A stretch of 64,000 nucleotides of DNA, from positions 385,488-449,487 of the forward strand of contig OZ246419.1 of assembly GCA_965231135.1 (NCBI GenBank). The letters run 5' to 3'. Numbering within the stretch: position 1 is the stretch's first letter; every line of letters starts with the position of its first letter. The translations under genes and the position numbers were made by a program. This document shows positions 51,466 to 60,597 of this stretch, in pieces. The notes under the pieces are model-generated. The model worked only from the letters and a program-made list of their open reading frames with translations, did not search any database and was not told the origin of the DNA. Source of the DNA: an uncultured Gammaproteobacteria bacterium. GTDB lineage: Bacteria; Patescibacteriota; Microgenomatia; UBA8517.

Positions 51466-52524
51466 TCAAAGATTTTGATTTATATAATTTTTAACCTGTG
51501 TAAAATCCTGATTGCCTGCCTTTGGAACTAAAATAAATTCTCCGTCACTACTTGTACTATTTTGTAAAACATTATCACTTGTTAATTGAATTTGATTGAT
51601 TTTGTATAATCCTGGATCTCCGAAAACTTCACTTAAACTTTTAATTGTCCCAAGATCTAAATCAGTTTTGACCATACTAAATAAAGTACTTACTGTGTTA
51701 TCTAATTTGTTTAACGAGCGAAGCGATATGAGCTTTTGCATAATACCTTGAAGCTCTGCAAATTGCCTTAAACTTCTTGCAAAATCAGAATCTCCGTGGC
51801 GGCTTCTGGCAATTTTTAAAGCAGTTGCACCATCTATATTATATTTTTGACCTTGCTGATACTGGAGATGTTCATAGCGGCAGGTAAATTGTTTTTCTAA
51901 ATCAAATCCGCTTTGGCCATATTTATTTTTTAGATCAAAAATCTGTGCGTCAGTAAAACCGCAGGTGTTATTTTCTTGGCCTATTATTGGGTAATATGGA
52001 TCATCAAGAGTGTTTGGCATGATAATTGTAATTCCTCCTAAATTATCGACTAATTTTGAATACTCGTCAAAATCTATTGCAACATAATAATTGATTGGTA
52101 AACCTGTGACATTTGTGGTTGCAGCGCCGACATTGGCAAATCCAGAAATTGCTCCAACAGAATTTATTTTTTGATTTCCTGGAACCCAAAGATCACGGGG
52201 AATTGAAATTAGATCGGCATTTTTGGTATTTGTGTTTACATGGAGAACGATAATACTATCTGTAAGATCTGTCCCTTCATGATTCCCTCCTCCATAACCT
52301 AAAAGAAGTGCATTATAAATTCCTTTTTCAGGATTATTTTGGTTAATTGGAGCTGGAGTAGCTTTGGCAAAGGAATTTACAGTAGAAGGATGATTGTAAG
52401 CAGAGCTTGTCACGATTACGTGATAAACCGCAAAGCCAGTTGCTGAAATCAAGATTCCTGATAAAAAAGAACAAATTAAAATAATTGCCAGAAACCATTT
52501 TTTGTTTAAATATTTTTGTAACAT
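51466..52524 (-). CDS. LytR-CpsA-Psr (LCP) glycopolymer ligase
   Basis: N-terminal TM; LTDSII, ISIPRD, ARSRH..SDFARS.RQ. Confidence 0.9.
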   Translation of the reverse strand: MLQKYLNKKWFLAIILICSFLSGILISATGFAVYHVIVTSSAYNHPSTVNSFAKATPAPINQNNPEKGIYNALLLGYGGGNHEGTDLTDSIIVLHVNTNTKNADLISIPRDLWVPGNQKINSVGAISGFANVGAATTNVTGLPINYYVAIDFDEYSKLVDNLGGITIIMPNTLDDPYYPIIGQENNTCGFTDAQIFDLKNKYGQSGFDLEKQFTCRYEHLQYQQGQKYNIDGATALKIARSRHGDSDFARSLRQFAELQGIMQKLISLRSLNKLDNTVSTLFSMVKTDLDLGTIKSLSEVFGDPGLYKINQIQLTSDNVLQNSTSSDGEFILVPKAGNQDFTQVKNYINQNL

Positions 52525-52548
52525 TTATTATTTATGTTAGCATGAATT

Positions 52549-52935
52549 ATGGATTTGGGTTGGTATAGCTCGTTAAATAAACCTTTGTTTACTCCTCCAG
52601 TTTCTGCTTTTGGACCAGTTTGGACTATTTTATATATATTTATTGCAATCTCCGGTTTTTTAATTTGGAAGAAAAGGAAAAAAATAAAAAGCCACTCGCC
52701 CTTTAGATATTATTTTTTACAAATTATTTTAAATTTGATTTGGTCGCCAGTATTTTTTGGACTGCACCAGATTGGCTTAGCATTTTTAATAATTGTTGCC
52801 ATGTGGATTCTTGTTTACAAAAATATTGTTGAATTTCAAAAGATTGATAAAACTGCGGCAATTCTTCTCTATCCATATTTGGGATGGATAACTATTGCAG
52901 GGCTTCTTAATTTGTCAGTTATGCTTCTAAACTAA
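52549..52935 (+). CDS. tspO: TspO/MBR family protein
   Basis: WY.SL.KP.FTPP..AFGPVWT, LN..WS.VFF, PYLGW. Confidence 0.9.
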   Translation: MDLGWYSSLNKPLFTPPVSAFGPVWTILYIFIAISGFLIWKKRKKIKSHSPFRYYFLQIILNLIWSPVFFGLHQIGLAFLIIVAMWILVYKNIVEFQKIDKTAAILLYPYLGWITIAGLLNLSVMLLN

Positions 52936-52959
52936 CTTGATTTAAGTTATACTAGGCGT

Positions 52960-54267
52960 ATGGTAAGCCTTGATGAAATTGTAGCTTTATGTAAGCGACG
53001 CGGATTTATTTTTCCTGGAAGCGAAATTTATGGAGGACTTGGAGGGACTTGGGATTACGGACCAACAGGATCACTTCTTAAGAAAAATTTGAAAGATCTT
53101 TGGTGGAAAGAAATGGTGCAGCTTCGTGACGATGTTGTGGGAGTGGATGCTGCAATTATGATGAATCCAAAAGCCTGGGAAGCATCAGGACATGTTGAAG
53201 CCTTTACTGATCCATTAGTTGAATGCAAAATTTGCCATATGAGATTTAGGGCTGATAAGCCTGAAGAAATTGCAGCGCATGAAAAGACTCATAAAGGGAA
53301 AAAAGTCGAATGGACAGCCCCAATGAAATTTAATTTATTGGTTGAGGCGAAACTTGGAGTTGTGGAGGATGCTAAGCAGACTATATATCTTCGAGGGGAG
53401 ATTACAAACGGAGTACATGTTAATTTTAGGAATGTGGTGGATTCAACTCGTGTAAAAATTCCTTTTGGAATTGCACAAATTGGAAAAGCATTTAGAAATG
53501 AAATAACTCCCGGAAATTTTACTTTTAGATCCCGTGAATTTGAACAGATGGAAGTGCAATTTTATATTCATCCCTCTGAAAAAGAAGGTAAGACATGGTT
53601 TGAATATTGGAAACAAAACAGAATGGATTGGTATTTAAGCTTAGGAATGAAAAAAGAGAACTTGAGATTTCGCGATCATGAAGATGATGAACGCGCTCAC
53701 TATGCAAGAATGGCAACTGATATTGAATACAATTCTCCTTGGGGTTGGAGCGAATTTATGGGAATTCATCATCGCGGAGACTGGGATTTATCGCGCCATC
53801 AGAAGTTTTCTGGAAAAAGTATGGAATATTTTGACCAAGCTAAAAATGAAAAATATATTCCTTGGGATATTGAAACTTCTGCTGGAGTTGATCGATCCAT
53901 TTTGTTTTTATTAATCGATTCATATGTAAAAGATGATGAGCGAGTGTATTTAAAATTAAATCCAAAGCTTGCTCCTTATAAAGCTGCAATATTTCCTCTT
54001 CTTTCTAATAAGGAAGAGCTAATTAAAAAAGCAAAAGGAATTTATGAAAAATTGAAACCACTTTATATGGTTGCTTGGGATGATAGGGGGAACATTGGAA
54101 AGCGTTATGCAAGCCAGGATGAAATTGGAACACCATTTTGCATAACTGTGGATTTCCAAACTCTTGAAGACGAGGCTGTAACAGTACGAGATCGAGATAC
54201 TGCGAAACAGGAAAGGATTAAAATTGATAAGCTTCAGGAATTTTTAGAAGAGAAAATAAACTCTTGA
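52960..54267 (+). CDS. glyQS: Glycyl-tRNA synthetase (alpha2 type)
   Basis: LCKRRGFIFPGSEIYGG, AQIGKAFRNEITPGNF.FR.REFEQME, IGKRY..QDEIGTPFCITVDF. Confidence 0.95.
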   Translation: MVSLDEIVALCKRRGFIFPGSEIYGGLGGTWDYGPTGSLLKKNLKDLWWKEMVQLRDDVVGVDAAIMMNPKAWEASGHVEAFTDPLVECKICHMRFRADKPEEIAAHEKTHKGKKVEWTAPMKFNLLVEAKLGVVEDAKQTIYLRGEITNGVHVNFRNVVDSTRVKIPFGIAQIGKAFRNEITPGNFTFRSREFEQMEVQFYIHPSEKEGKTWFEYWKQNRMDWYLSLGMKKENLRFRDHEDDERAHYARMATDIEYNSPWGWSEFMGIHHRGDWDLSRHQKFSGKSMEYFDQAKNEKYIPWDIETSAGVDRSILFLLIDSYVKDDERVYLKLNPKLAPYKAAIFPLLSNKEELIKKAKGIYEKLKPLYMVAWDDRGNIGKRYASQDEIGTPFCITVDFQTLEDEAVTVRDRDTAKQERIKIDKLQEFLEEKINS

Positions 54268-54626
54268 CACTTCATAAATAAAACTGGCATCATTGTGAGG
54301 GTTTTGATGAGAACAGAAGCAAACACTTCAATAAAAAGATATCTAATTTCTACTGATGGAGAAGAATATTTTGCAGATGAGTATATTTGGATGTTTGGTC
54401 CTGAATGCAGTGATGGATATTTTGTTCCTACTGAGGTGATAAGAATGCCTTATTTGAAAGTTTTAGGTTTTATTGTTGGTAGAAATACAACTTGTGAAAA
54501 TTGTATTTTTGATCGGAAATCATTTGATGGTTATCTAAATCTAGACGAGAATGAAATCAAGGTTTTTTGGGAGGGATTCAATATGGGACAAGTTGAAAAC
54601 TTGACAGGGATAAAATAAAACTGGCA
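54263..54626 (+). repeat. Duplicated 27-bp promoter-like direct repeat flanking an ORFan
   Basis: CTTGACACTTCATAAATAAAACTGGCA (54263-89) vs CTTGACAGGGATAAAATAAAACTGGCA (54600-26): 21/27 identical, with identical 7-bp and 14-bp blocks. Confidence 0.75.
54295..54618 (+). CDS. Hypothetical protein (ORFan, CxxC motif)
   Basis: 107-aa ORF filling the gap between the repeats; alternative start ATG 54307. Confidence 0.55.
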   Translation: MRVLMRTEANTSIKRYLISTDGEEYFADEYIWMFGPECSDGYFVPTEVIRMPYLKVLGFIVGRNTTCENCIFDRKSFDGYLNLDENEIKVFWEGFNMGQVENLTGIK

Positions 54627-54636
54627 ATATATATTT

Positions 54637-55305
54637 ATGAATTATAAAAAGTACTGGCCGTTTGTTGCTGTAATTGTTTTTGCAATAGTTGTTGTCGGCG
54701 GTATCTTTGCATTTAAGAAATTAACTGCACCTATTGATAACGGTAGTACTTCAGTTGATGAAAGTGTTCCTGACCTTCCACAAAGCCAGTGGCCAATTGT
54801 TGAGCTTATTCCAAGCAGCGATGGCCATTATGTTTCTTTAAATGTAACTGGAATTAATGTTCCGACTGCAACTTCTATGGATTATATTTTGGAATATAAG
54901 GCAAATAACGGAGTGGGGCAAACCACGCAAGGAGTTCCTGGGACAATACAGCTTAATGGCCAAACTGGAGTTAGCCGCGATAGTATTTTGCTTGGAAGTG
55001 AATCTTCAGGACATATCAGATTTGATAGTGGGGTTGAAACAGGTCAGCTTACTTTAAGATTTCGGGATGGAAACGGAAAACTTCTGGGGAAAGTTGTTAG
55101 CGATTGGCATTTGCAAACAAATACAACTGATTTAAGCAGTGTTGATGGTAGTTTTAAATATACATTGAGCAAAGCTGCAACGGGAGTTTGGTTTATAACG
55201 ATTAAACCATTTGGGACACCAAGCTCTCCAAATCTTGTGGTTAATCAAAATGGATATGCAATTTATTCTTCAGATGGCAAGCCTCATGCAGGAAGCTCGA
55301 ATTAA
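54637..55305 (+). CDS. Hypothetical membrane-anchored beta-rich protein
   Basis: N-terminal TM, QGVPG, LLGSESSG.IRFD.GV. Confidence 0.7.
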   Translation: MNYKKYWPFVAVIVFAIVVVGGIFAFKKLTAPIDNGSTSVDESVPDLPQSQWPIVELIPSSDGHYVSLNVTGINVPTATSMDYILEYKANNGVGQTTQGVPGTIQLNGQTGVSRDSILLGSESSGHIRFDSGVETGQLTLRFRDGNGKLLGKVVSDWHLQTNTTDLSSVDGSFKYTLSKAATGVWFITIKPFGTPSSPNLVVNQNGYAIYSSDGKPHAGSSN

Positions 55306-55496
55306 TGCTCGTTTTCGTCTTCTGACCTGTTATCTTCAATTAATTGTTGTGTGATTGCTTTTAAGTTATTTTGTTTAAATTTATTCAACTCGTTTGGAAA
55401 AAATACTCCTTCTTCGATAGTTAAACGACGGTTTTTTTGTAATAATGACGCAATTTTGTAGTGTTCGTTTGTTTTGCGATTATTTTCTGTTGTCAT
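55302..55496 (-). CDS. Small hypothetical protein (ORFan)
   Basis: ATG 55496 preceded by TGcTATAAT at 6 nt; stop shares TTAA with the convergent gene. Confidence 0.45.
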   Translation of the reverse strand: MTTENNRKTNEHYKIASLLQKNRRLTIEEGVFFPNELNKFKQNNLKAITQQLIEDNRSEDENEH

Positions 55497-55540
55497 ATTT
55501 AGATTATAGCATGTTCTATTTTGTTCGGTGAATATTCCTG

Positions 55541-55591
55541 TTGACATTGCGTGAAAAAAACTTCAGAATGGATAAAAGTGGTGAGAAGTGT
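55541..55591 (+). promoter_or_regulatory. dcw promoter with MraZ-type binding repeats
   Basis: TTGACA (55541), 17 nt, CAGAAT (55564); AATGG/AGTGG/AGTGT boxes at 55567, 55577 and 55587 (10-bp period). Confidence 0.75.
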
Positions 55592-55621
55592 CACCAATAA
55601 GCCTGCCCAGACTTATAGAAA

Positions 55622-56059
55622 ATGATAATTGGGTCGTACGAAAGCAGTTTGGGCGATAAAAGGCGAACGGCAGTTCCTAGAAAATTTCTAGGAGAGCTTG
55701 GGGAAGAATTTATTGTAGCTAAATGGTATGAGAATTGTCTGGTTTTAGTTAGTAATGAATTTTGGAATAAAGTAATTGATCGATTAACTGGCGGAACAAA
55801 AGTTTTAGAGCTTGGGGTAAGAGATATAGATAGATTTATTATCGGAAGTGCGTTTCAGGTTACGCCAGATGAGCAGGGAAGAATAATTATTCCAGAAATT
55901 TTGGCACAATATGCACATTTAGAAAGAGATTTAATATTTGTAGGGCTTGGAGATAGAGTCGAGATCTGGAATAAAAATGATTGGGATTTGAAAAGTGTTG
56001 AAGTAGCAAAAACTACAAAGGAATTTATTGAAAGTTTGTCAGAGAGGAATAAAAAATGA
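55622..56059 (+). CDS. mraZ: Division/cell wall cluster transcriptional repressor MraZ
   Basis: DK.R..VP..F and DEQGRI.IP (two AbrB-like repeats), VG.GDRVEIW. Confidence 0.92.
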   Translation: MIIGSYESSLGDKRRTAVPRKFLGELGEEFIVAKWYENCLVLVSNEFWNKVIDRLTGGTKVLELGVRDIDRFIIGSAFQVTPDEQGRIIIPEILAQYAHLERDLIFVGLGDRVEIWNKNDWDLKSVEVAKTTKEFIESLSERNKK

Positions 56060-56877
56060 CAGTTTTACACGAGCCAGTACTTTTGAAAGAGGTGATTGAA
56101 GAATTGCACATTAAAAATCAAGGAAAGTATATTGACGCAACAGAAGGAGCGGGAGGTTATACAAAAGCAATTGTCGATGCCGGAGGAGAAGTTTTGGGAA
56201 TTGATGCAGATGATTCAATGCTTGAAATTGCAAAACAGAATGTTGATAGCGAGAAAGCAAAATTGGTTAACGGAAATTTTAGAAATATTAAAGAGATTGC
56301 AACTCGTTATGACTTTTACCCAGCTGATGGAATTGTTTTTGATCTGGGGATAAGCAATGTACATTTTGCAGATGAAAAAAGAGGCTTTTCGTTTAAAAAT
56401 CCTGATGCGATTTTGGATATGAGACTAAATTCAGAAACGCAAGGAGTTATGGCGAAAGATTTATTAAATGGTTTGAGAGAAGATCAGCTTGAAGAATTAT
56501 TTGGACGAAGCTTGGCTTTGAGAATTATTAATTTTAGAAAGCAGAAATTATTTGAAAAAGTTGGTGATCTTTTAAGTTTATTTCCGGAGAAAAAGTTTGC
56601 GGATAAAACACATCCAGCGACTAAAGCATTTTTAATGTTACGTATTGCAGTCAATAGCGAACTTGAGAATTTAAAGGAAACCTTGCCGCAGGCAATTGAA
56701 ATTTTAAAGCCTGGGGGAAGACTTGTTGTTGTTAGTTTTAATTCGTCGGAAGACGAAATTGTGAAGCATTATTTACAAAGCAAAAGTTTTGTATTGCCGA
56801 GTGATGAGGAAATAAAAAGAAATCCAAAATCACGAAGCGCAATTTTGAGAAGTTATGTCAAAAAAAATAACTCGTAA
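56056..56877 (+). CDS. rsmH: 16S rRNA m4C1402 methyltransferase
   Basis: HEPVLL.E, DAT.G.GG, DLGIS, GFSF, LDMR, LRIAVN.EL, NP.SRSA.LR. Confidence 0.92.
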   Translation: MTVLHEPVLLKEVIEELHIKNQGKYIDATEGAGGYTKAIVDAGGEVLGIDADDSMLEIAKQNVDSEKAKLVNGNFRNIKEIATRYDFYPADGIVFDLGISNVHFADEKRGFSFKNPDAILDMRLNSETQGVMAKDLLNGLREDQLEELFGRSLALRIINFRKQKLFEKVGDLLSLFPEKKFADKTHPATKAFLMLRIAVNSELENLKETLPQAIEILKPGGRLVVVSFNSSEDEIVKHYLQSKSFVLPSDEEIKRNPKSRSAILRSYVKKNNS

Positions 56878-57130
56878 TATTATTATTTTAGTTTTAATTG
56901 TACTTTTTGTTGGTACTATTTTTGCAGCTGTTGAAGCATCAGCTGCAGGAAATAAACTTGTTGCTCTTGAAAATAAATATGATGAACTTACTCAGGAAAA
57001 CCAGGAAATGCAAGATAAACTTGTAGGCAGCACTTCTTTGACAAGTATTGCAAAAGAAGCAAGCAGCTCGGGAATGATATCGCCTGAAGCATATGTTTAT
57101 ATAACAAATTCAGGAATAGCTTTAAGATGA
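56855..57130 (+). CDS. ftsL: FtsL-like cell division protein
   Basis: Single TM plus short coiled coil; located between rsmH and ftsI. Confidence 0.6.
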   Translation: MSKKITRNIIILVLIVLFVGTIFAAVEASAAGNKLVALENKYDELTQENQEMQDKLVGSTSLTSIAKEASSSGMISPEAYVYITNSGIALR

Positions 57131-58806
57131 GGACAAAGCTTCGAATATTTGGTTTTTTATTTGTAATTCTTGTTTGCGGGCTTATTGCCAGACTTTTTTT
57201 CTGGCAGGTAATTGATGCAAGTAATTTAGCACAGCAAGGACAACTTCAGTATCAGCGCTCTGATTCACTTACTGCGACGCGGGGAAGTATTTATGCAACA
57301 GACGGAAGTTACTTGACTACGGATGAAATGGATTGGGATCTTTATGTCACAAAGCCGGATTTGACAGAAAATTCAATTACAATTGCTTCACAAATTGCTC
57401 CAATTATAAATGCTGATATAAATGATATAAGGAATAAAATTGATAGCGGAACAGCTTGGATATCATTACAGCATAGAGTGACAAATGATCAAAAGAAAAA
57501 TATTGAAGCGCTTGATATTGCCGGAGTTGGTTTTGATCCAGAGCCTTCAAGAACATATCCGGAAAGCTCATCGTCAGCGCATATTTTGGGATTTGTTGGA
57601 AAAGATGTCAACGGAAACGATAAAGGGTATTTTGGACTTGAAGGTTATTATGATTTAACTCTTGCTGGAAAGCCAGGATTATTGGATCGAGAATCAGATG
57701 CAAATGGAACTCCAATTGTTTTTGGAAACTCAAGCCAAGTTGATCCGACACACGGAATTGACTTAGTTACAAATATTGATAAAACTGTGCAGTTTGCAAT
57801 AGAAAAGGAACTTGCAAACGGACTTGTCCAATACGGATCGAAAGCTGGCTCTGTAATTATGATGGATCCAAACACTGGAGCGATACTTGGCATGGCATCA
57901 AGCCCGAGTTTTGATCCAGGACAATATTGGAACTATACAAATGAAGACTTTAAAGATGCTGCGATTTCAAATACTTTTGAACCCGGTTCTATTTTCAAGC
58001 CGATTGTGATGGCTTCTGCTCTTGATGCAGGAGTTGTTCAGCCAGATACAGAGTGTGATATTTGCGCAAATATTATAAATGTTGATGGATATCCGATTGA
58101 TACTTGGGATAGTGTGCATCATCCAAATTCTTCAATGACAGATGTGATTGTAAATTCAGACAATATTGGAATGACTTTTGTAGGGCAGAAATTGGGCCAG
58201 GATAAACTTTATGATTATCTTGCTAAATTTGGATTTGGAAAAATAACCGGAATTGATTTGCAGGGAGAAGTTGCATTGCCGCTTCGAACTAAAGATACTT
58301 GGAGCGATATTGACACAGCAACTACGACGTTTGGCCAAGGAATTGCTGTTACTCCAATCCAAATACTTCGAGCAATTGGAATTATTGCAAATGGAGGACA
58401 AATGGTGAAGCCTGAAGTGGTTAAGGAAATTAAAAATGGCACATGGAGCAGTGAAATTAAATCACAAATTGGGCCAAGGGTTATTTCGCAAAATGCAGCA
58501 GGCGAGATTACAGATATGATGGTACATGCAGTTACTGACGGAGAAGCAAAATGGGCCGCTCCAGCTGGGTTTTCAATTGCAGGAAAAACTGGGACTGCAC
58601 AGATTCCTGTTTCCGGGCACTATGATCCTACAAAAACAATTGCAAGCTTTGTTGGTTTTGCTCCTGCAAAAAATCCAAAATTTGTAATGCTTGTGACGCT
58701 TCAAAGCCCGACTTCAAGCGAATGGGGAAGCGAAACTGCAGCTCCGCTTTGGTTTCATATTGCTGAAGATTTATTTCCTTATTTTGGAATAAGCCCAAAT
58801 AATTAA
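57127..58806 (+). CDS. ftsI: Class B penicillin-binding protein (FtsI/PBP3)
   Basis: RGSIY, R.YP, GLE.YYD, GSIFK (SxxK), SDN (SxN), KTGTAQ. Confidence 0.9.
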   Translation: MRTKLRIFGFLFVILVCGLIARLFFWQVIDASNLAQQGQLQYQRSDSLTATRGSIYATDGSYLTTDEMDWDLYVTKPDLTENSITIASQIAPIINADINDIRNKIDSGTAWISLQHRVTNDQKKNIEALDIAGVGFDPEPSRTYPESSSSAHILGFVGKDVNGNDKGYFGLEGYYDLTLAGKPGLLDRESDANGTPIVFGNSSQVDPTHGIDLVTNIDKTVQFAIEKELANGLVQYGSKAGSVIMMDPNTGAILGMASSPSFDPGQYWNYTNEDFKDAAISNTFEPGSIFKPIVMASALDAGVVQPDTECDICANIINVDGYPIDTWDSVHHPNSSMTDVIVNSDNIGMTFVGQKLGQDKLYDYLAKFGFGKITGIDLQGEVALPLRTKDTWSDIDTATTTFGQGIAVTPIQILRAIGIIANGGQMVKPEVVKEIKNGTWSSEIKSQIGPRVISQNAAGEITDMMVHAVTDGEAKWAAPAGFSIAGKTGTAQIPVSGHYDPTKTIASFVGFAPAKNPKFVMLVTLQSPTSSEWGSETAAPLWFHIAEDLFPYFGISPNN

Positions 58807-59474
58807 TAGCTTAAGTCTAGTTTAAATATTTTATTTATCAACTGAAATATTTTTCTATGTATTTTAATTACAAATCTCTTTAACAAATTGTATTTTAAAT
58901 TAGAAATTTCTTCTTCGTATATTTCAGAATATAAAATTTTCTTTTTGTAGAAATCTGCCCATGCTTTATCTCCATAAGAGAAGTGCCAGTATTCTCTTGG
59001 ATTGGGTGCAAAATTTTCATTTAACATAAGTTTTCTTATTAGCATTCTTTGTTTGTGAGATTCCCTACTTATTTTTTTGGAAAATGGATTAGCCTCTTCA
59101 TAAAATTTTTGGAAAGGATTAGATAAATTTATTTCTCTGTTAGTTTTTATATTGAATAGTCCAATATCGACTGCTCCTCCTGTTGAATGTGGAGGAATTC
59201 CCTCTTTTGGATCAAAAACTAATTTACGAGTATTTTTGTAATTTTTAAATTGTTTTAATCTATAGTTCCAAATTTTTTCTTGGGTTTTTCTTGACCTGTA
59301 ACCTCCGTTAATTTGAAGTTTTAGATTTTTTGGTAATTTGAATGATACTTTTGCTAGCTTTTTTGAAACTTCATCTCTAATTAATATCGGATATTGTGTT
59401 TCAATTCTTTTTTTAATTGGTAATTCTACTAATTTTTGATTGTATTTTTTCACACTTACAAGGTAATCGCTCAT
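58803..59474 (-). CDS. M15 D-Ala-D-Ala dipeptidase (VanX/DdpX-like)
   Basis: GYRS...Q, PPHSTGGAVD, EYWHFSYGD zinc ligands; TGaTAAAAT 5 nt upstream of ATG 59474. Confidence 0.85.
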   Translation of the reverse strand: MSDYLVSVKKYNQKLVELPIKKRIETQYPILIRDEVSKKLAKVSFKLPKNLKLQINGGYRSRKTQEKIWNYRLKQFKNYKNTRKLVFDPKEGIPPHSTGGAVDIGLFNIKTNREINLSNPFQKFYEEANPFSKKISRESHKQRMLIRKLMLNENFAPNPREYWHFSYGDKAWADFYKKKILYSEIYEEEISNLKYNLLKRFVIKIHRKIFQLINKIFKLDLSY

Positions 59475-59541
59475 GAAATATTTTATCATTTTGTGTAAAT
59501 TTGCCTCGTTATTGTAAAATAGATTATACTTTTCACAGAAC

Positions 59542-60594
59542 ATGAATTTACCAAATCTTTTGCCACTTTCACTTGGTTTTTTGATCTTTTCATTTTTAAT
59601 TAACGCGGTTTTAATTGTTCCTTTTATTGATCTTCTTTATAAACTTAAATTTCAAAGACAAGTTGAGGGAGGGAAAAATAGCAAATCTCTTTTTGATAAA
59701 TTGCATGATAAAAAAGCTGGGACACCGACTGGAGGAGGAGTTTTGCTTGTTGTTACAGTTGTTATTATGTTTGCAATATTATTTCCTATCATGTCTTCGC
59801 TTGGAGTTTATATAACCACTGCACATAATTTATTAAATGAACTTTTTGTGATCTTTTTTACTTTTATTTCTTTTGGAATTTTGGGGCTTTTGGATGATTA
59901 TGTAAAAATTTTTAAGAAAGGAAAGGAAGGGCAACTTGGTTATGTCTTTGGTTTAAGTAAAAAAACTAAGTTTGCCATTCAGTTTGTGTTGGCTGGTGTT
60001 GTTTCTTTTTGGCTTTATCATTTCTTGGGAATACAGTTTGTGCATATACCACTTCTTTCTCATGTAATTAATCTGGGAATTTTTTACATACCATTTGCAA
60101 TGTTTGTTATTGTCTTTTTTACAAATGCATTTAATTTTACAGATGGACTTGATGGGCTTGCATCTGGACTTCTCGCTATTTATCTTTTTGCATTTATTGT
60201 TATTGCGGCAGCAAATCTGGATACTCCGCTTTCTATTTTTATTGCTCTCTGGATTGGTGCTGTGATGGCATTTTTATATTTTAACGTAAACCCTGCACGT
60301 ATTTGGCTTGGGGATACTGGTGCTCTTTCTTTTGGTGCAATGATTGCTGTGATCGGACTTTTGACAGGAAATGTCGCGTCGCTTTTTATAATTGGGGGAA
60401 TATTTGTAATAGAAGCTTTTTCTTCGCTAATACAAATTTTAGGCTGGAAAATTTTAAAAAGGAGAATTTTTCCAATTGCTCCAATCCATCATGCATTTTT
60501 GGCGATTGGCTGGGAGGAACCGAAAATTGTTATGCGTGCCTGGCTTGCCGGAATAATGCTAGCGATTTTAGGTCTTTGGCTTGCTAGAATCTAA
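59542..60594 (+). CDS. mraY: Phospho-MurNAc-pentapeptide transferase
   Basis: K.GTPT.GG, GLLDD, NFTDGLDGL, GDTG, APIHH. Confidence 0.93.
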   Translation: MNLPNLLPLSLGFLIFSFLINAVLIVPFIDLLYKLKFQRQVEGGKNSKSLFDKLHDKKAGTPTGGGVLLVVTVVIMFAILFPIMSSLGVYITTAHNLLNELFVIFFTFISFGILGLLDDYVKIFKKGKEGQLGYVFGLSKKTKFAIQFVLAGVVSFWLYHFLGIQFVHIPLLSHVINLGIFYIPFAMFVIVFFTNAFNFTDGLDGLASGLLAIYLFAFIVIAAANLDTPLSIFIALWIGAVMAFLYFNVNPARIWLGDTGALSFGAMIAVIGLLTGNVASLFIIGGIFVIEAFSSLIQILGWKILKRRIFPIAPIHHAFLAIGWEEPKIVMRAWLAGIMLAILGLWLARI

Positions 60595-60597
60595 TCT

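Noticed and set aside
58803-59474. Vancomycin-resistance cluster
   Set aside because: Only an M15 dipeptidase is present; no vanH, vanA/B or vanRS in the window.
59475-59543. Longer VanX-like start at 59543 sharing CATG with mraY
   Set aside because: The extension looks non-conserved and an extended -10 sits 5 nt upstream of ATG 59474, so the shorter start is preferred.
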